Shown: in pieces, positions 10,442-22,029 of the stretch | Layout: each line of letters starts with the position of its first letter | Numbering within the stretch: position 1 is the first letter of the stretch | Origin: Thermoproteota archaeon | GTDB taxonomy: Archaea; Korarchaeota; Korarchaeia; Korarchaeales; Korarchaeaceae | NCBI GenBank assembly: GCA_026986575.1 | Contig: JALSOH010000011.1 | Span: forward strand, 1-64,000 | Direction: 5' to 3' | Length of the DNA: 64,000 nucleotides | The notes under the pieces: generated by a model | The model's input: the letters and a program-made list of their open reading frames with translations, nothing else | Told to the model about the DNA's origin: nothing | Databases searched by the model: none | Made by a program: the position numbers and the translations under genes

Positions 10442-10903
10442 TCACGCCTCAAATTTTGTATCAACTATATATCCTCCTTGGATCCTCTTAACGAATCCCT
10501 TAACCGAGTACTCCCATCCCTCCTGCTCACGGACGCATGCATTGAATCTAACTAACCCCTCCTCCGGAGGATAAAGCACACCCAATAACACTTCTTGGTC
10601 GTTCTCTCCCCCCACCGTTGTATTTTCTGGCGGCTCCACAACTCCTCCAGAAGAGGAGAAACAGTAAGAATAGGGCCCAGTTGGGAAGTACCTCAGTTCC
10701 ACTCTCTAAAGATCAACAACGATTAGAGCTTTTTCAGTCACTGCGAATTCCTCCCCTCCAGAAAGTGCCACGACACGGATTATGGGGTAAGGCTGGGGGA
10801 GTCCTCTTACTGAGTGTATGGGCACAATCGCTAATACAAAAACAACGGCGAATATTCCCTTAGAGTTCCAGTTAACCTCATGTCTCAAGTGTCTCATATA
10901 CAA
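10442..10903 (-). pseudogene. Membrane/secreted protein interrupted by an in-frame TAG at 10706-10708
   Basis: ORFs 10706..10903 and 10442..10702 are in the same frame, separated by TAG-AGA. Confidence 0.45.
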
Positions 10904-11206
10904 GTTGTCTTTCTATCTTGCTTTTTTATCGTTTTTCCTAGTCCATTACCCATATCATCATACCTAGAAAGATCAAAGATCAGTGTCATTAAGAGTAAAT
11001 CCTTCCCCTTAGCCCCTCCCTTCCAGATATTCAAAGTAGCTGTTGCCAGCGTAATTGCAGAGACCAGAAGGTTCCAGCCCTCGGTATAACCCAGGGAACA
11101 TTTGAGTATCTCCATTCTCGCATGGAAGCTCTTGGCTCCTATCAGGTGACTAGCCTCAACACAAGTCTCTCCCACATAGTCGTTCATGTTAAGATCAGGA
11201 GCCAGA

Positions 11207-11562
11207 TGGGGTCGACACCGGAAAGCAATTACGACCTCCTTCTGCTATAAGAAGACCCTGAAGAGCTGAAGAGACTTCCAAAGGAGTTCAGGAAGGCTCA
11301 CTTGCCCGTGGATGTCCACCCTTTCACGCTAGAAGCTGCTCTGGATGCCATGCACTCGTCCATCGTAATCTTGGACGCCTTGGAGGAGGATGTGGTACTC
11401 AAGGAGAGCATTTCCTTGCCCCCTCTCAAGGAGTTTATCATCGCGGTCTCGCTACCTGAGGGATGGGAAGCTAGGTCTTCGGGTTCAAAAATTCATCCAG
11501 AGGTCATAAGTATTATGGGCCTACTCTGCCTTGGGAGAGCTCGATTCCGCTCAAGTCCTTGA
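11207..11562 (+). pseudogene. Decayed MNT nucleotidyltransferase
   Basis: ESNYDLLLL*EDP…LPVDVHPFT…IVILDALEE resembles an MNT C-terminal half, with an internal stop. Confidence 0.5.
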
Positions 11563-11716
11563 GAGGGACAAGTGAAGATCTAAGCGGGCTTAAGTACTGA
11601 GGATAGTTCCTGATTAACTAGGTGATTCTCATGGACCCGAAGCGGACTGGGTCAGGAGGCGATAGGGATCCGAATCACCAAAAGTTTATCAATGGTGAAT
11701 TCCAGTAAGTGGTAAA

Positions 11717-11953
11717 ATGGAAGAGATGGTAATAATAAAGAAGGTAGACAGGCAGGGAAGAGTGGTCCTCCCCAAGGAGTGGAGGGAGAGGCTAAAATCA
11801 GGCAGGGTCCTCGTTATCATGAGGGGTGATACAATAATTCTGAGGCCGTATCGGGTCGATCTAACGAAGTTCTTTGACAGGATAGAAGTGGAACTCAAGG
11901 CCGATCTCTCCGATTGGAAATCGGTGAGGAGGGAACTTCTTGAGGCTGATTGA
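11717..11953 (+). CDS. vapB: AbrB/MazE/SpoVT-type antitoxin
   Basis: KKVDRQGRVVLPKEWRE. Confidence 0.9.
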   Translation: MEEMVIIKKVDRQGRVVLPKEWRERLKSGRVLVIMRGDTIILRPYRVDLTKFFDRIEVELKADLSDWKSVRRELLEAD

Positions 11954-12359
11954 CGCCAATGTCTTCATCTATGCCTTCCTCAGACCTAAGAGGAAGATCA
12001 AGCCTCATGAAAGAGAGCTCAAGGAGAAGGCTAAGGGCATCATAGAGAGGGTTAACGGAGGGGAGGAGGTGGCGATCACCGTGGTACAACTGTCCGAGGT
12101 TGCCAACATACTTGAATCCTACCTCCCCTTAGATGAGGCGAGGGAGGTGGAGGAGTTCCTCGTGACCGTGCCAAACGTTAGGATAATCGAAGTAACCAAG
12201 TCAGACTGCCTCAAGGCCATAGAGCTGTCCAGAGAGGCGGGAATAGGGTTCAGCGATGCGATAGCCTGCGCTGTGATGAGGAGGCTGGGAATACATGAGA
12301 TCTACTCCTTCGACGGGGATTTCGATAGGGTAGGGGGGATCATCAGGGTTACCGATTGA
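11940..12359 (+). CDS. vapC: VapC/PIN toxin
   Basis: LIDANVFIY…FSDAI…IYSFDGDFD. Confidence 0.92.
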   Translation: MRLIDANVFIYAFLRPKRKIKPHERELKEKAKGIIERVNGGEEVAITVVQLSEVANILESYLPLDEAREVEEFLVTVPNVRIIEVTKSDCLKAIELSREAGIGFSDAIACAVMRRLGIHEIYSFDGDFDRVGGIIRVTD

Positions 12360-12678
12360 TCCCAGAGGTGCATCCACAGCCAGTGTCTCCCCTCACTTCT
12401 CTTTCGCTTACCTCATTGCCTCCATACGATGTACCCTCCTGTTTTAGAACGTACGTGGACACAGGAAGCGTAGACAACGAATTCGTTGACGTTATAGTGG
12501 GTGGCTCGGGAATTCTGACGAGAAATTGATGTTCTTTCATAAACCGTTTAAATCTTAAATTCCTCATGGAAATTTAGCTGTTGGTGAAAAGAAAAATCGA
12601 AGGATCCGAGAATGCTTTATAGAGGCTTGTGGTGGTTCTCGATGTGTAGAACTTAAAGGAGTAGTACTTATCATAGTA

Positions 12679-12912
12679 GTGATGATAGTGAAGGTTACTA
12701 GGAAGAGGCAGATCACGATCCTCAAGGAGGTGAGCGACGAACTGGGGATAGAGGAAGGAGATCTCCTCTCGGTGAGAGTGGAGGAGAGGAAAATAATCTT
12801 GGAGAAGACTGGTGGCTTGGATGAGCTGGATGGAACGCTCAATCCTGGGAGGGGGATCAGTAAGCTGGCTGACCGAGGAACTGGATAGGGAGAGGAAGGA
12901 GGGTGGCAGGTA
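12679..12912 (+). pseudogene. vapB: AbrB-type antitoxin with 3' frameshift
   Basis: VKVTRKRQITI…IEEGD; the acidic tail TEELDRERKEGGR lies in another frame. Confidence 0.7.
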
Positions 12913-13318
12913 GCTTCTACGACACCAACGTGCTCGCAGCGTACCTCTCCAGAGGGAGAAGGACAGGTTCGAGGTAGCTAGAGAGGTACTGGGCCTTAAA
13001 GGTGCCAAGGAGATCTCCGTGATCACGATCCACGAGCTCTATCACCTCTCCCTCAATTACGGAGTCGGAGGAAGGTTCATCCATGTTAAGAGGGACTTGG
13101 ACTCGCTCTTCAGGGTCATCCCTCTCGACCAAAATACCTGCCTGAAGGCCTCGGAGTTGAGGAAAATGGATCTTCCCGAGGCAGATGCCCTGATACTCGC
13201 TACAGCCGTGGTCAGGAGGTTCAGTGAGTTTTACACGTTCGACGGGGATTTCGAAGGGTTTGATGGGAGGAAGATAGGCGGAACCCTTGTGAGGTACCTG
13301 ACCCGGGCCGGGACGTAG
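12903..13318 (+). pseudogene. vapC: VapC/PIN toxin, frameshifted near 12947
   Basis: GTG…FYDTNVLAAY in one frame; …ISVITIHEL…ADALILATA…FYTFDGDF in ORF 13019..13318. Confidence 0.75.
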
Positions 13319-13623
13319 GTCGAGTTCCCGTAATCTCCCTTTGGGATTCGGCGAGGGGTTGTGGCGTAGGTGACCCGAACCGGGCGGATTTGCGCGGATT
13401 GAAGGTAACTACGTATTCGTGGAGCTCTAGGGGCGTGGAATGGTGATAAGAGGGATTCGGCATCAGGGAATTGAGGGTTCGGACGATTTGGACCGATGGA
13501 GATCTAGAAAAATCGGAGATTCTAGCGGTAGTTAGGGGGATCTGGATCAGGAGCTCACCATTGGGTCCAAGCTTAAGTATTAAGGGGGGAAATAAGATGG
13601 TGAAAGCCCGGAGGTGCCTCGGC

Positions 13624-14502
13624 ATGAACTCAGGGCACGAGGTTCGGGAGGATGAGCGGGTCGGCGGTAAGGTCCCGGCTATCTTGGAAACGGCAATCCT
13701 TGAGGCTGCCTTCTTCCTCATAGCTTGGTACCTCTCAGCCCTCAATCTGGGTCACCTGCTGCCCAAGGTTGCGATGATAGTCCTGGCCCTTCTGGGCGTG
13801 GCTATTCACGGTTCACCCAAAAGCTACGGGTTCTCCGTGAGGAACCCTTGGAAGGAGCTGAAGTGGAGCCTCTACGTGCTGCTGATCATGCTCGGACTAG
13901 GGGGAGCCGTCGCCTACCTCTGCCTAGCCCTCGGATTGGGAGCTCCGGGGAGGGTCAGCCTCTCAAAGGTGGTGACCGATGCCCTCCATTACCTAGTGAT
14001 GGTGGGGTTCGCCGAGGAGCTGTTCTTCAGGGGTTATGTTCAGTCGAGGCTCAACGAAGTGTTCACGAGGGAGTATGAAAGCTTGCTAGGATTCAGGTGT
14101 ACCAGACTCAGGCTGAGTCTGAGAGGCTTCCTGAGGCTGTATGAAAGCTTGCTAGGATTCAGGTGTACGTGGCATCAGGGAACCCTGATAACTGCCATCC
14201 TCTACTTCGGCCTGCCCCATGTACTGACGGGCATCAACCCCCTCACTGGGAAATACGGAGTGAGCGCCCAGACCCTCATGATAGCAGCTTCCGCGTGCTT
14301 CCTAGGGCTGATCTTCGGGGTAATGCGGGAGAAAACGGGGAACATCATCCTGCCCACTATCACCCACTTCAGCATCATCTACTCCACGTTCTCCCTCTTT
14401 CCCTCCATAGCTGGCGGCTTCGCCTCCATCATCGCACCAGTGGTTGCTCTATTCGTCTTCTTCCTGAAGCCCTTCCAGGACTTCCTAAACGATGAGTTTT
14501 GA
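13624..14502 (+). CDS. CPBP/CAAX (Abi) family intramembrane metalloprotease
   Basis: FAEELFFRG, FGLPH and ITH motifs; multiple TMs; GGAGGTG SD before ATG 13624. Confidence 0.9.
   Translation: MNSGHEVREDERVGGKVPAILETAILEAAFFLIAWYLSALNLGHLLPKVAMIVLALLGVAIHGSPKSYGFSVRNPWKELKWSLYVLLIMLGLGGAVAYLCLALGLGAPGRVSLSKVVTDALHYLVMVGFAEELFFRGYVQSRLNEVFTREYESLLGFRCTRLRLSLRGFLRLYESLLGFRCTWHQGTLITAILYFGLPHVLTGINPLTGKYGVSAQTLMIAASACFLGLIFGVMREKTGNIILPTITHFSIIYSTFSLFPSIAGGFASIIAPVVALFVFFLKPFQDFLNDEF
14073..14168 (+). repeat. 30-bp perfect direct repeat flanking a 36-bp insert within the CPBP gene
   Basis: GTATGAAAGCTTGCTAGGATTCAGGTGTAC at 14073-14102 and 14139-14168; the protein shows YESLLGFRCT twice. Confidence 0.95.
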
Positions 14503-14797
14503 CCCGGCACAAGGAATGGCCAATTCCATGTTCTCCGCATATCACCGAACGCCCTAATCTTCCACCAGATTTTGAATCGCGCTCAGATGCCCCGCTAGTG
14601 AACGAGGGTAGGGTTAACAGTTACTTTCCCGACGAACGAATGCTCAAACGTAAGCTTTGAAGGTGCTCCGCGACTAGGAATTGAATCTCGCCGAATTTCA
14701 AGCTGTGGCTGGACCTTCCTACGAGCGCGCTACTAGGTTCGTACATCAGGCACTAAGTGGCTTAAGGATGGGAGGTCGCCTGTGATCTGGATGCATC

Positions 14798-15109
14798 ATG
14801 CCCACCCCTGTTATAAGGCTCAAGGTGGATCTGGAGGGGAGATTAGTCCTCCCGGGTGATCTCAGGGAAGAATACGGGATCAAAAAGGGCGACTATGTTT
14901 CCGTGAGACTCGAAAGTAATGTAATGATGATATGGGGAAACTCTAGTATCGGAGAATTGATGGACTGGATTAGAAAGTACAGGAGGAGAATGAGGGAGAA
15001 GGGATTGCATTTGAGAGAAATAAGGCTCAAAGATTTGGTCGAGGTGGATCTGGAGGATGTGTCTGGAAGGGGAGTGGTTAATTACAGGATGTCCGATCCT
15101 TGGGAATGA
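14798..15109 (+). CDS. vapB: AbrB/MazE-type antitoxin
   Basis: KVDLEGRLVLPGDLREEYGIKKGD. Confidence 0.85.
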   Translation: MPTPVIRLKVDLEGRLVLPGDLREEYGIKKGDYVSVRLESNVMMIWGNSSIGELMDWIRKYRRRMREKGLHLREIRLKDLVEVDLEDVSGRGVVNYRMSDPWE

Positions 15110-15118
15110 GGTGATAGC

Positions 15119-15538
15119 GTGAATATTTTCATTGATTCCAATCTTCTCGTCTATCTCCTAGTTGGACTCTCAGATGAAAGCGAGGAAAAAGCCCTAGATG
15201 ACTTTTGGCTGAGTCTCCTGAGGGATCATAGCCTGTATGTTAACACATTGGTTTGGGAAGAACTGGGCTGCATGGCGTCCCGTTACATCCGGCTGTTATC
15301 TCTGAGCGACCTTCGCAGATTCCGGGAGAGGATGATGCCATTCGTTGAGGAGATTTACATGACTAGCGAGCTTTACTCCGCTGGTCGCTATTATGAGAGG
15401 ACTTACGGGCTGAAGTACTCAGACGCCATACATGCTGCTACAGTAAAACTCCACGAACTGGATGCGATCGCCAGCGATGATACTGATTTCGACAGGACTG
15501 GAATAAGGAGGATATGGTTCCAAGACTCCGAGTACTGA
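15119..15538 (+). CDS. vapC: VapC/PIN toxin
   Basis: IFIDSNLLVY…SDAIHAAT…IASDDTDFD. Confidence 0.9.
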   Translation: MNIFIDSNLLVYLLVGLSDESEEKALDDFWLSLLRDHSLYVNTLVWEELGCMASRYIRLLSLSDLRRFRERMMPFVEEIYMTSELYSAGRYYERTYGLKYSDAIHAATVKLHELDAIASDDTDFDRTGIRRIWFQDSEY

Positions 15539-15629
15539 CGGAATTTTTTACGACTCCACTTCTCGGAAGCTGGTCCTCAGGGTTTTTATCGTCTAATGGC
15601 GGCGAGGAACCTCTCCTATACATGTTCAC

Positions 15630-17566
15630 GATATCCTCATGTGGTAGTTCAAGCCAACATCCAGCTCCTTAATCCTCTCGATGGCCTCGGGATGGGTCTC
15701 CTGCAGGGCCCTTAGCACAGGCCCCGTGAAGTAGAAGTCCACCCTAACCCCATACTCCTCTTTGAATATCTAGGAGCCTGTTTAAGGTCTCGGCGCACAT
15801 GTCGGGGTCGTAATAATCGTTCACATTCACCGCGAAGTAAAAGTAGTACTGGGGCTCGTCGGGATCCGCTTTGCTCCTACTCCTCCCCTGATCCTCTCGT
15901 ACCTCTGCCTCGCCTTCTCCCACTTCAGGTAAACCTCGGCCATCTCGTCGAAGGTCATCCAAATAACCTTCCCTTGCCTGACAAGGGGATCTACCACATC
16001 GGTGAACCACTTCTCGTAAGCTTGAAGGACCCTCCCGAGCTCCTCGCCCGTTCCCGTCTGGTACAGGTGGGAGCTTGCCCACCAAACGTTGATGTGCTCG
16101 GCATCCATTTCAGCTAGGGCTTTCATGAGGCTCTCCGTAGCTGAATTGAAGCACCTAGGGTTCCTCCTGCAATCCACCTCGAACTCCTGACTGAGGTACC
16201 ACCTTGGGAGGTAGACAATGGAGCCCAATGGATCGTGCCTCAACCACTCATCATTGCGGAGGTCGAGCATGGACACGGGAGGGAGGATCCAAGGATGCAG
16301 CCACTCTGGCGATCGGTGGGTGGTCTTGTAGTAAGGCTTTTCCACTGAGGTCATGCTCGTGAACCCTAGGCACCCCTCGCAAACGCCAAGTAGGTTCACG
16401 TTCTCCAAGTCGAATCCAGCGCCTAGATTCGTCGGTTCCTCCCCTAACGCCTCTGTGACGGACTCCTTTACCTCCCTGTTGTATTGAAGCCTTGCTTCAT
16501 CCGTGTTCAATTCTAGCCCCCTCATGTGATGACCTAGATGGCTCTGCACCCCTATCCCATGGCCTCTGTCCTTCAGCTCCCTCAGGATGTATCTCTTGAA
16601 CTTCACATCTCCTCAGGCGAAGTTCTTCTCCGGCTGTATGGAGAGCTTGGCCCCATGCTCCTCGAACTTCCTGGCTAGCGCGTCTAGGGAATCGGCGTAA
16701 AGGTTGAAGATCCCCTCATCTTGGTCGTAGTAGAGCCTCTTCATCACCCCCATCAATCTCTACCTTCACTATCTCCTCTAGGTGGAGTTGGAAGCCCACG
16801 AGGAGGACCTCTCTCCTGCAGTCGAAGGGGCAGGACTCCCAAGACTCAGAAGCGTCGCAAACCCCGTTACCGCACGTCTCGGGGATTTCCACAATGTCCA
16901 AGAGCGAGCTGGGCGCGACTCCTCGGCCACCTCCTGACGTGAAGAAATCTAGAGCTTCCTCAAAGTACTCCTCTAGGGGCATCCTGTGACCTGTGTCGTG
17001 CCAGAAGATCTCCCTCTCCTTAGCTGATGTCGCGGCCTCATAGGCGAATTCACAGGCCTCTGGAGTGAGCAGATCATCGTGCTTCCCGCAGTGGAAGTGC
17101 ACAGCTCCCTCGTACTTAGGCAGAAAGTACAGGGGGTCTATTTGCCTGAGTTCCCCTTCGTCTTGGGGAAGAGACGCCCTTCCCACCTTTCCATGCTCCT
17201 TGACGTAGCTCAGATTGGCCGCCGCTAGGAGTAGCTCGGCCTTATCCACCGAAACCCTTCCTTTTCGAAGGCCTCCATATCTTTAGACCACTTCTCTTTA
17301 CTACCTCCCAGTCCGTGGACGAAGACTATGCACCTCCCGTTCCAGTTGGAGGGCTTGTGGTAGATGTGGGGGATCTTCGATACGGCCTCCGTTATGTCTT
17401 CTCGACTACGGGTCCGCGTTCCGGAAACGGTCCCAGCCAATCTGGATGTAGGACTGGTCACAGCCGAACTGGTACTGATGTGTTTTTGATGGTGGTATTC
17501 GATGAGAATTAGGAAAGCTAGTCCAAAGGCAAAGAGGATCAGAAGGATAAGCGCTAGCCTGCTCAA
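15630..17566 (-). pseudogene. Large exported multidomain protein (alpha/beta hydrolase plus polysaccharide-deacetylase-like domains), broken by several frameshifts/deletions
   Basis: Signal anchor and VFVHGLGGS (17225..17566); HCGKHDDL…DTGH and CGNGVCDASESWESCPFDC (16716..17249); GHGIGVQSH (15827..16606); second module YFAVNVNDY…VDFYFTG. Confidence 0.55.
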
Positions 17567-17892
17567 TCTCCCACTTCCCCGCCAGCGCTAGGGTTGCAGA
17601 GCTGCCCTCGGATTAATGATCAGACATACATAAATATATTTAGCTCAATAGTTCGCATGCGCGCCTCATCTCCATTCCACGAGAGAAGGTAAGTGTATAC
17701 TTCTGATGATCGCGCGGTAAGCTAATGCGACCTTGGGGGATACTCGAGAGTCGAGCGAACAGGGATCCACCCGCGGCTCCTCCATTTAATGAACTCCAGC
17801 GACGCTGCAGTGCTAGGGTTCCGAAGCATATGGCGGAACTATAGATTGGGATTCTAGGTCAAGGAGTTCACCAATATCCGCTACCCGCCGCT

Positions 17893-18389
17893 TCACGGAC
17901 CTATCCACCGGCCGACTGGGTTGACCACCTCTATGCCGTACCTTTCCCCTATGACCCTGAAGTGGGGATCCGATGAGTACGCGATGTCCACAAATTTCCT
18001 GACCGGCAAGAAGCAGAGGAAATCCCACACGTGGATTCGGGTCTCAGGACTCTCCTTTAGAGCTTCTCTGATCACATCAGCAGTTATGGACACCTTGACA
18101 ATGGATTTATCCTCCAGTATTCGCTCTACGATGGCTAAAGCCTCCCATAATGGTACTCTAAGCCCCCGAAACGCCATTACGTGGAATATCTCAATCAGCT
18201 GATGGTGGGAGATGTAAACGTGGAGGGATGGGAATATCTCCTGAAGAACTCCACTGCCCTCCTATGGATCTCCATGGCTAAATTAAACTCCTCATCTGAT
18301 TTGAATCTATGTCTCACAGGTCTCTTCTTGGCGAAACTCCAGAGTTCAGTGTCCACGAAAGCCCTCAATTCAATCACCGAGATCCTCAT
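17893..18389 (-). pseudogene. vapC: VapC/PIN toxin split by a frameshift near 18200
   Basis: FVDTELWSF in 18195..18389; IHVWDFL…YSSDPHF in 17893..18177. Confidence 0.7.
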
Positions 18390-18609
18390 ACCCGTATTCC
18401 ATCAGATCATCGGGGCCCGCGCCTTCCACGGGTCTCAGGATTAGATCCACTAGTTCTTTCCTCTTCCTGTCACCAGAAGTGCCCGAGCTCAGATAGTTCA
18501 GGAGAGCATCTATAAGTACGTCCTTCATGCTCCTACCCTCCTCCAGGGCCCGCCTCTTCAACTCCTTGTAGAGGTCCTCTGGAATGACGAAGCTAGTCTT
18601 GACCCCCAT
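18370..18609 (-). CDS. vapB: CopG/RHH antitoxin
   Basis: KTSFVIPEDLYKELKRRALEEGRSMKDV. Confidence 0.85.
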   Translation of the reverse strand: MGVKTSFVIPEDLYKELKRRALEEGRSMKDVLIDALLNYLSSGTSGDRKRKELVDLILRPVEGAGPDDLMEYGYEDLGD

Positions 18610-19119
18610 CGATCCTTCTTACATAAAACCGCGCGCGATCTATATACCTCTCGCAGGGTATCCCAAGGCCGGGACCAAGTTGTGGGTGGAAACTCCGACT
18701 GCCTGTCCAGTCGTTATTAACCACAGCGTGATGAGGAAACCCACACATTGTCTTCCCGATTGATTGGTTGTGCGATTCATGACAGGGAGGGCTTAGAGCG
18801 CCTCTGACTCCATATCCCAACGCTCTCAATAAAGATCATCTCAACCACTATAGGGGGTTTAACAGGCCTCGCTAGCTCGCAGACTATCGGTAGATGAACA
18901 AGTTGAGGAAACAGGAGAAGGATACGGTCATCAACCGCGCATTACCGACAGCACCCTACACATACGCCTGCTATCTCTACGGCCCATTCCAAGAAATCTC
19001 GAGAGGTTTCGAAGAGGCCACGAACACATCCCCCCCTGGGGGGGGGGGGGAACCGACTTTAACCAGCTGTTATGGTCGTGGCACCCACCAAGATATCGTT
19101 CCTGATCTCCTTCACACGC

Positions 19120-20834
19120 TCACGTCGATTGGTTGCCGGATCTCCTGTACTTCACCAGTAAGAGCATCCCCAGCAGCAGTATCAGAACCCCCGCTAGGGC
19201 AAGCCCCCATAGGTAGGTCCTATCCATCACCACCCCTCTGCCCGTCGTTCCTTCCTGAGTCGTGATCTTAGGACTGACGGCGGGGCTTATCCCTCTTCCT
19301 TGAGTGGTGCTGACAGGGATCTTTGGAGTTTCCTCACCGCGAACCGATTCTTGGGTAGCGATACTTCGGGTTGTCTTCGATCGCTCGCTCCCTTCTTTCT
19401 TGATGACGACGGATACCTCGTCTCCTACGGTGATCTCCCCGCTCCTCCCCACCACCTTCACAACTAATAGACCGGGCCTCGCTTCCTCGGGCACCTTGAA
19501 CCTGACGATTGACTCGAACGGTGGGACCCCTGCAGGTGGATCGATGCTCGCCACCTTGGGCTTCACCTCCAACCTCACAATATCCCTGAACCCGCCCAAC
19601 CGGATGACATTGACTTTGAGGATCACGTCATCTCCCGGTTCGACTTCCACGAGGGATGGAGAAACCTCTAGGGTGAAGTAGGGGCTCGAAGCGCTGACCA
19701 CCTTCACCCTCACAGTTCTCTCCCTCCTTTCTGTTGACGACTCTCCGATAATTCTTATCTCGTAGCTCCCCTCCCCGGCCCCCTTGCTGCCTATCGTGAG
19801 GTTTGATGAGAACGGAGCTGTACCGCCAGTCATGGAGAGTGAGCACTGAATTACGGGCGGACATATCGCCCTAGGATTCACCCTCATTGGCGAGGTGGAG
19901 ACCACATCAACGAGCACCCTTCCCTCGGATCCCCTCACCAGCTGCAGGTAGGTCGGACGGACCCTGAGATGGAATTCCGTCGAAGCGGTGGGCGGACCGG
20001 AGGTCGTCGGGGTGGAGGTTGTGAGGGGTGAGGTGGGCGATGTGGCCGTAGTGGTCGATGGCGAGGAGGTCACGATAGTGGTTGAACCCGTTGCACTGGT
20101 CGTGATTGGAAGGGGAGCTCTAGGCACAGAGAGGGAGGTGCAAGTCACTTCTATCCTAGGCGGGTAAGTGGATTCCTTGCTGTAGAAGCGGGCGTAACCA
20201 CTCGATCCTCCAGAGTCGAGTATGAGGCCGTTAGGTATGCTCATCCAATTGGATCTGACCCATTCGGTGACATCGAGCCTCACCTCTTCCCCATCCCTCA
20301 ATTCGGAGTAGTACTTGTGATCTAGCTGGTCAGAGGTATCATACTCGCCTCCTCTCCAAGGGTCACCCTTCCTAGCCCTCTCCCAAGTGACTTCCGCCTC
20401 AACAAACCCCTTCTTCAGGGGATAAACCCTCACCATGATATTCCTGCCCTCCTTTGCCCTTAGAACGAGCTCAGCCCTACCAACGGGGCAGGTACCGAGG
20501 TGAGGAGGAAGTTCAAAACAACCCTCCCGACGTAGAGCAAGTTCATGCTGCTCGAACTCCCCAAGTTCAGCTCCCACGTTTTCCCTAGGAACAAGGTGGA
20601 GTCGCTCCCGCAGTTCCTCCCGTCTAGCACATTTCCTCGGTTATCCCTTCCGTGAATTATGCTCGAATCGGCCACTGGAGCTATGGTGAGGGATCCAGCA
20701 GCCATTGCGTTGCACGTAATTAGTAGCAGGGGGAGGAACAGCACGATCAAGCAGCAAGAGGCAAGTCTAGAGCGGAGAGGGCCTACAGGCACAGTGAGAT
20801 CACCCGTATCCGATAAGGACGCCCTCAGATTCAC
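19120..20834 (-). CDS. Cell-surface protein with DNRLRE-like domain, Thr/Ser-rich linker, Ig-like domains and C-terminal TM anchor; frameshift near 20530-20570
   Basis: Signal peptide and APVADSSI…NCGS in 20460..20834; VTWE…LDVTEWV…NGLIL…FYSKES…PPRIEV, T/S-rich stretch and TM-KYRR in 19120..20577. Confidence 0.7.
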
Positions 20835-21549
20835 CGGAAATCCACTTAACCAGTAGCCCCTCCTTAGAGATCCAAGCCTTGTAATTCGATCCTTGGAATA
20901 CCCAACAGTCGAAGGTGCCCGCAGGTACGGAGACCCTCTCCTCTCCGATGTATCTCATTCCCTCCCCACTCACCGGTATCTGGGAAGCTTGAGAGCATGG
21001 AAAATCTCTCTTTCCCATTCCAGGTATTTCTATTGCGGCCTTAACGCACTTTCCTGTGCTCTTATCATACCAGATCTCCATTTTACTGGTCTGGGGCCCT
21101 TCTACTGATATACTTTGATGGTAGCATTCCTTACCATCCACCCGATCTTCACCTAGGTTCTCTAGGGTGTACTTGATCCGGTTCCCCCTCACAACTACTT
21201 CGTACTTCAACCAAGCGTAGCGAAATATCCCGGTCTCATATGAAGGGGTTTCTCTCTTGGGAGTAATTGAAGTAGAAGTACTTGAGGATCTAACCGAAGT
21301 TCTAGGCCTCTTAGTCACTTGCGTGGTCGTTGATTTGGTTTCCGTGCCACTAGGTCCTCTAGCCTTCTTTCCCGGTTTCTGCTTCTGCTTAGGTTTCGGC
21401 CTCGCTTTAGTCCCAGTTACCTGAGTGGTTGATGTAGGCCCTTGGCCTCCCTCCTGAGAACTCTGAAGGTAGAGATACCCGGCGTAAATCAGTATCAGGA
21501 CACCAACAGCGATCATGATGAAGGCGACCTTACCGCTCATCATGATCAC
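20800..21549 (-). CDS. Membrane-anchored hypothetical protein with T/K-rich linker (DUF3108-like C-terminus)
   Basis: N-terminal TM; ERVSVPAGTFDCW motif. Confidence 0.65.
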   Translation of the reverse strand: MIMMSGKVAFIMIAVGVLILIYAGYLYLQSSQEGGQGPTSTTQVTGTKARPKPKQKQKPGKKARGPSGTETKSTTTQVTKRPRTSVRSSSTSTSITPKRETPSYETGIFRYAWLKYEVVVRGNRIKYTLENLGEDRVDGKECYHQSISVEGPQTSKMEIWYDKSTGKCVKAAIEIPGMGKRDFPCSQASQIPVSGEGMRYIGEERVSVPAGTFDCWVFQGSNYKAWISKEGLLVKWISGESEGVLIGYG

Positions 21550-21720
21550 TTAGTCTTCCTACTGAACAAATTAATAAGCTTCCAAATAATAAAATTTTCA
21601 GATAATAGAGTTGACATGGGAGCTATCGGCCGGGTTCCTAGGGTGATATTCAAGGAGTAGTGAAGGTACGCGCGATATCGTGATTAGGAGCTGGCTCCTC
21701 CTTAAAACGCACAGGAAGCA

Positions 21721-22029
21721 TCAACCCTCGTAGAATATGCGGTATATCTGGACATGCTCCTCCTTCTCGAGCAGAAACTCGTCATCTTCCGGATAGTACT
21801 TGGCAACTTTGGGATCGTCTCCGGCGAACTTCCTCATGGAATCCATCGAATCCCATATAGTCACGAGCAGGAAGTGGGCCACATCACCTTCATCTCTCCT
21901 GGTGAAGTACAGCTTGAGCAGGCCCTCAACGGAAGAGTAATCGGGGACTGCCCTCTCCACTAGGAACCTCTCGTAGTTGTCCGCCTTGTCGATGGGGACC
22001 CTCCCATGCCAGATTCTCATCACTGGCAT
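21721..22029 (-). CDS. Antibiotic biosynthesis monooxygenase (ABM)-like protein
   Basis: MRIWHGRVP…FLLVTIWDSMDSMRKFAGDD…AKYYPEDDEFLLE. Confidence 0.85.
   Translation of the reverse strand: MPVMRIWHGRVPIDKADNYERFLVERAVPDYSSVEGLLKLYFTRRDEGDVAHFLLVTIWDSMDSMRKFAGDDPKVAKYYPEDDEFLLEKEEHVQIYRIFYEG

Noticed and set aside
10706-10708. Pyrrolysine/amber read-through
   Set aside because: A single in-frame TAG in a poorly supported gene within a decaying region; no pyl genes visible, and other genes here end normally in TAG.
14073-14168. CRISPR array
   Set aside because: Only two repeat copies, the repeat is ordinary coding sequence of the CPBP gene, and there is no leader or cas gene in the window. 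Kept only as a possible integration scar.
19030-19050. C7-T-G13 tract as a G-quadruplex or phase-variation switch
   Set aside because: An isolated intergenic homopolymer with no clear link to a promoter or ORF; its length is unreliable in assemblies.
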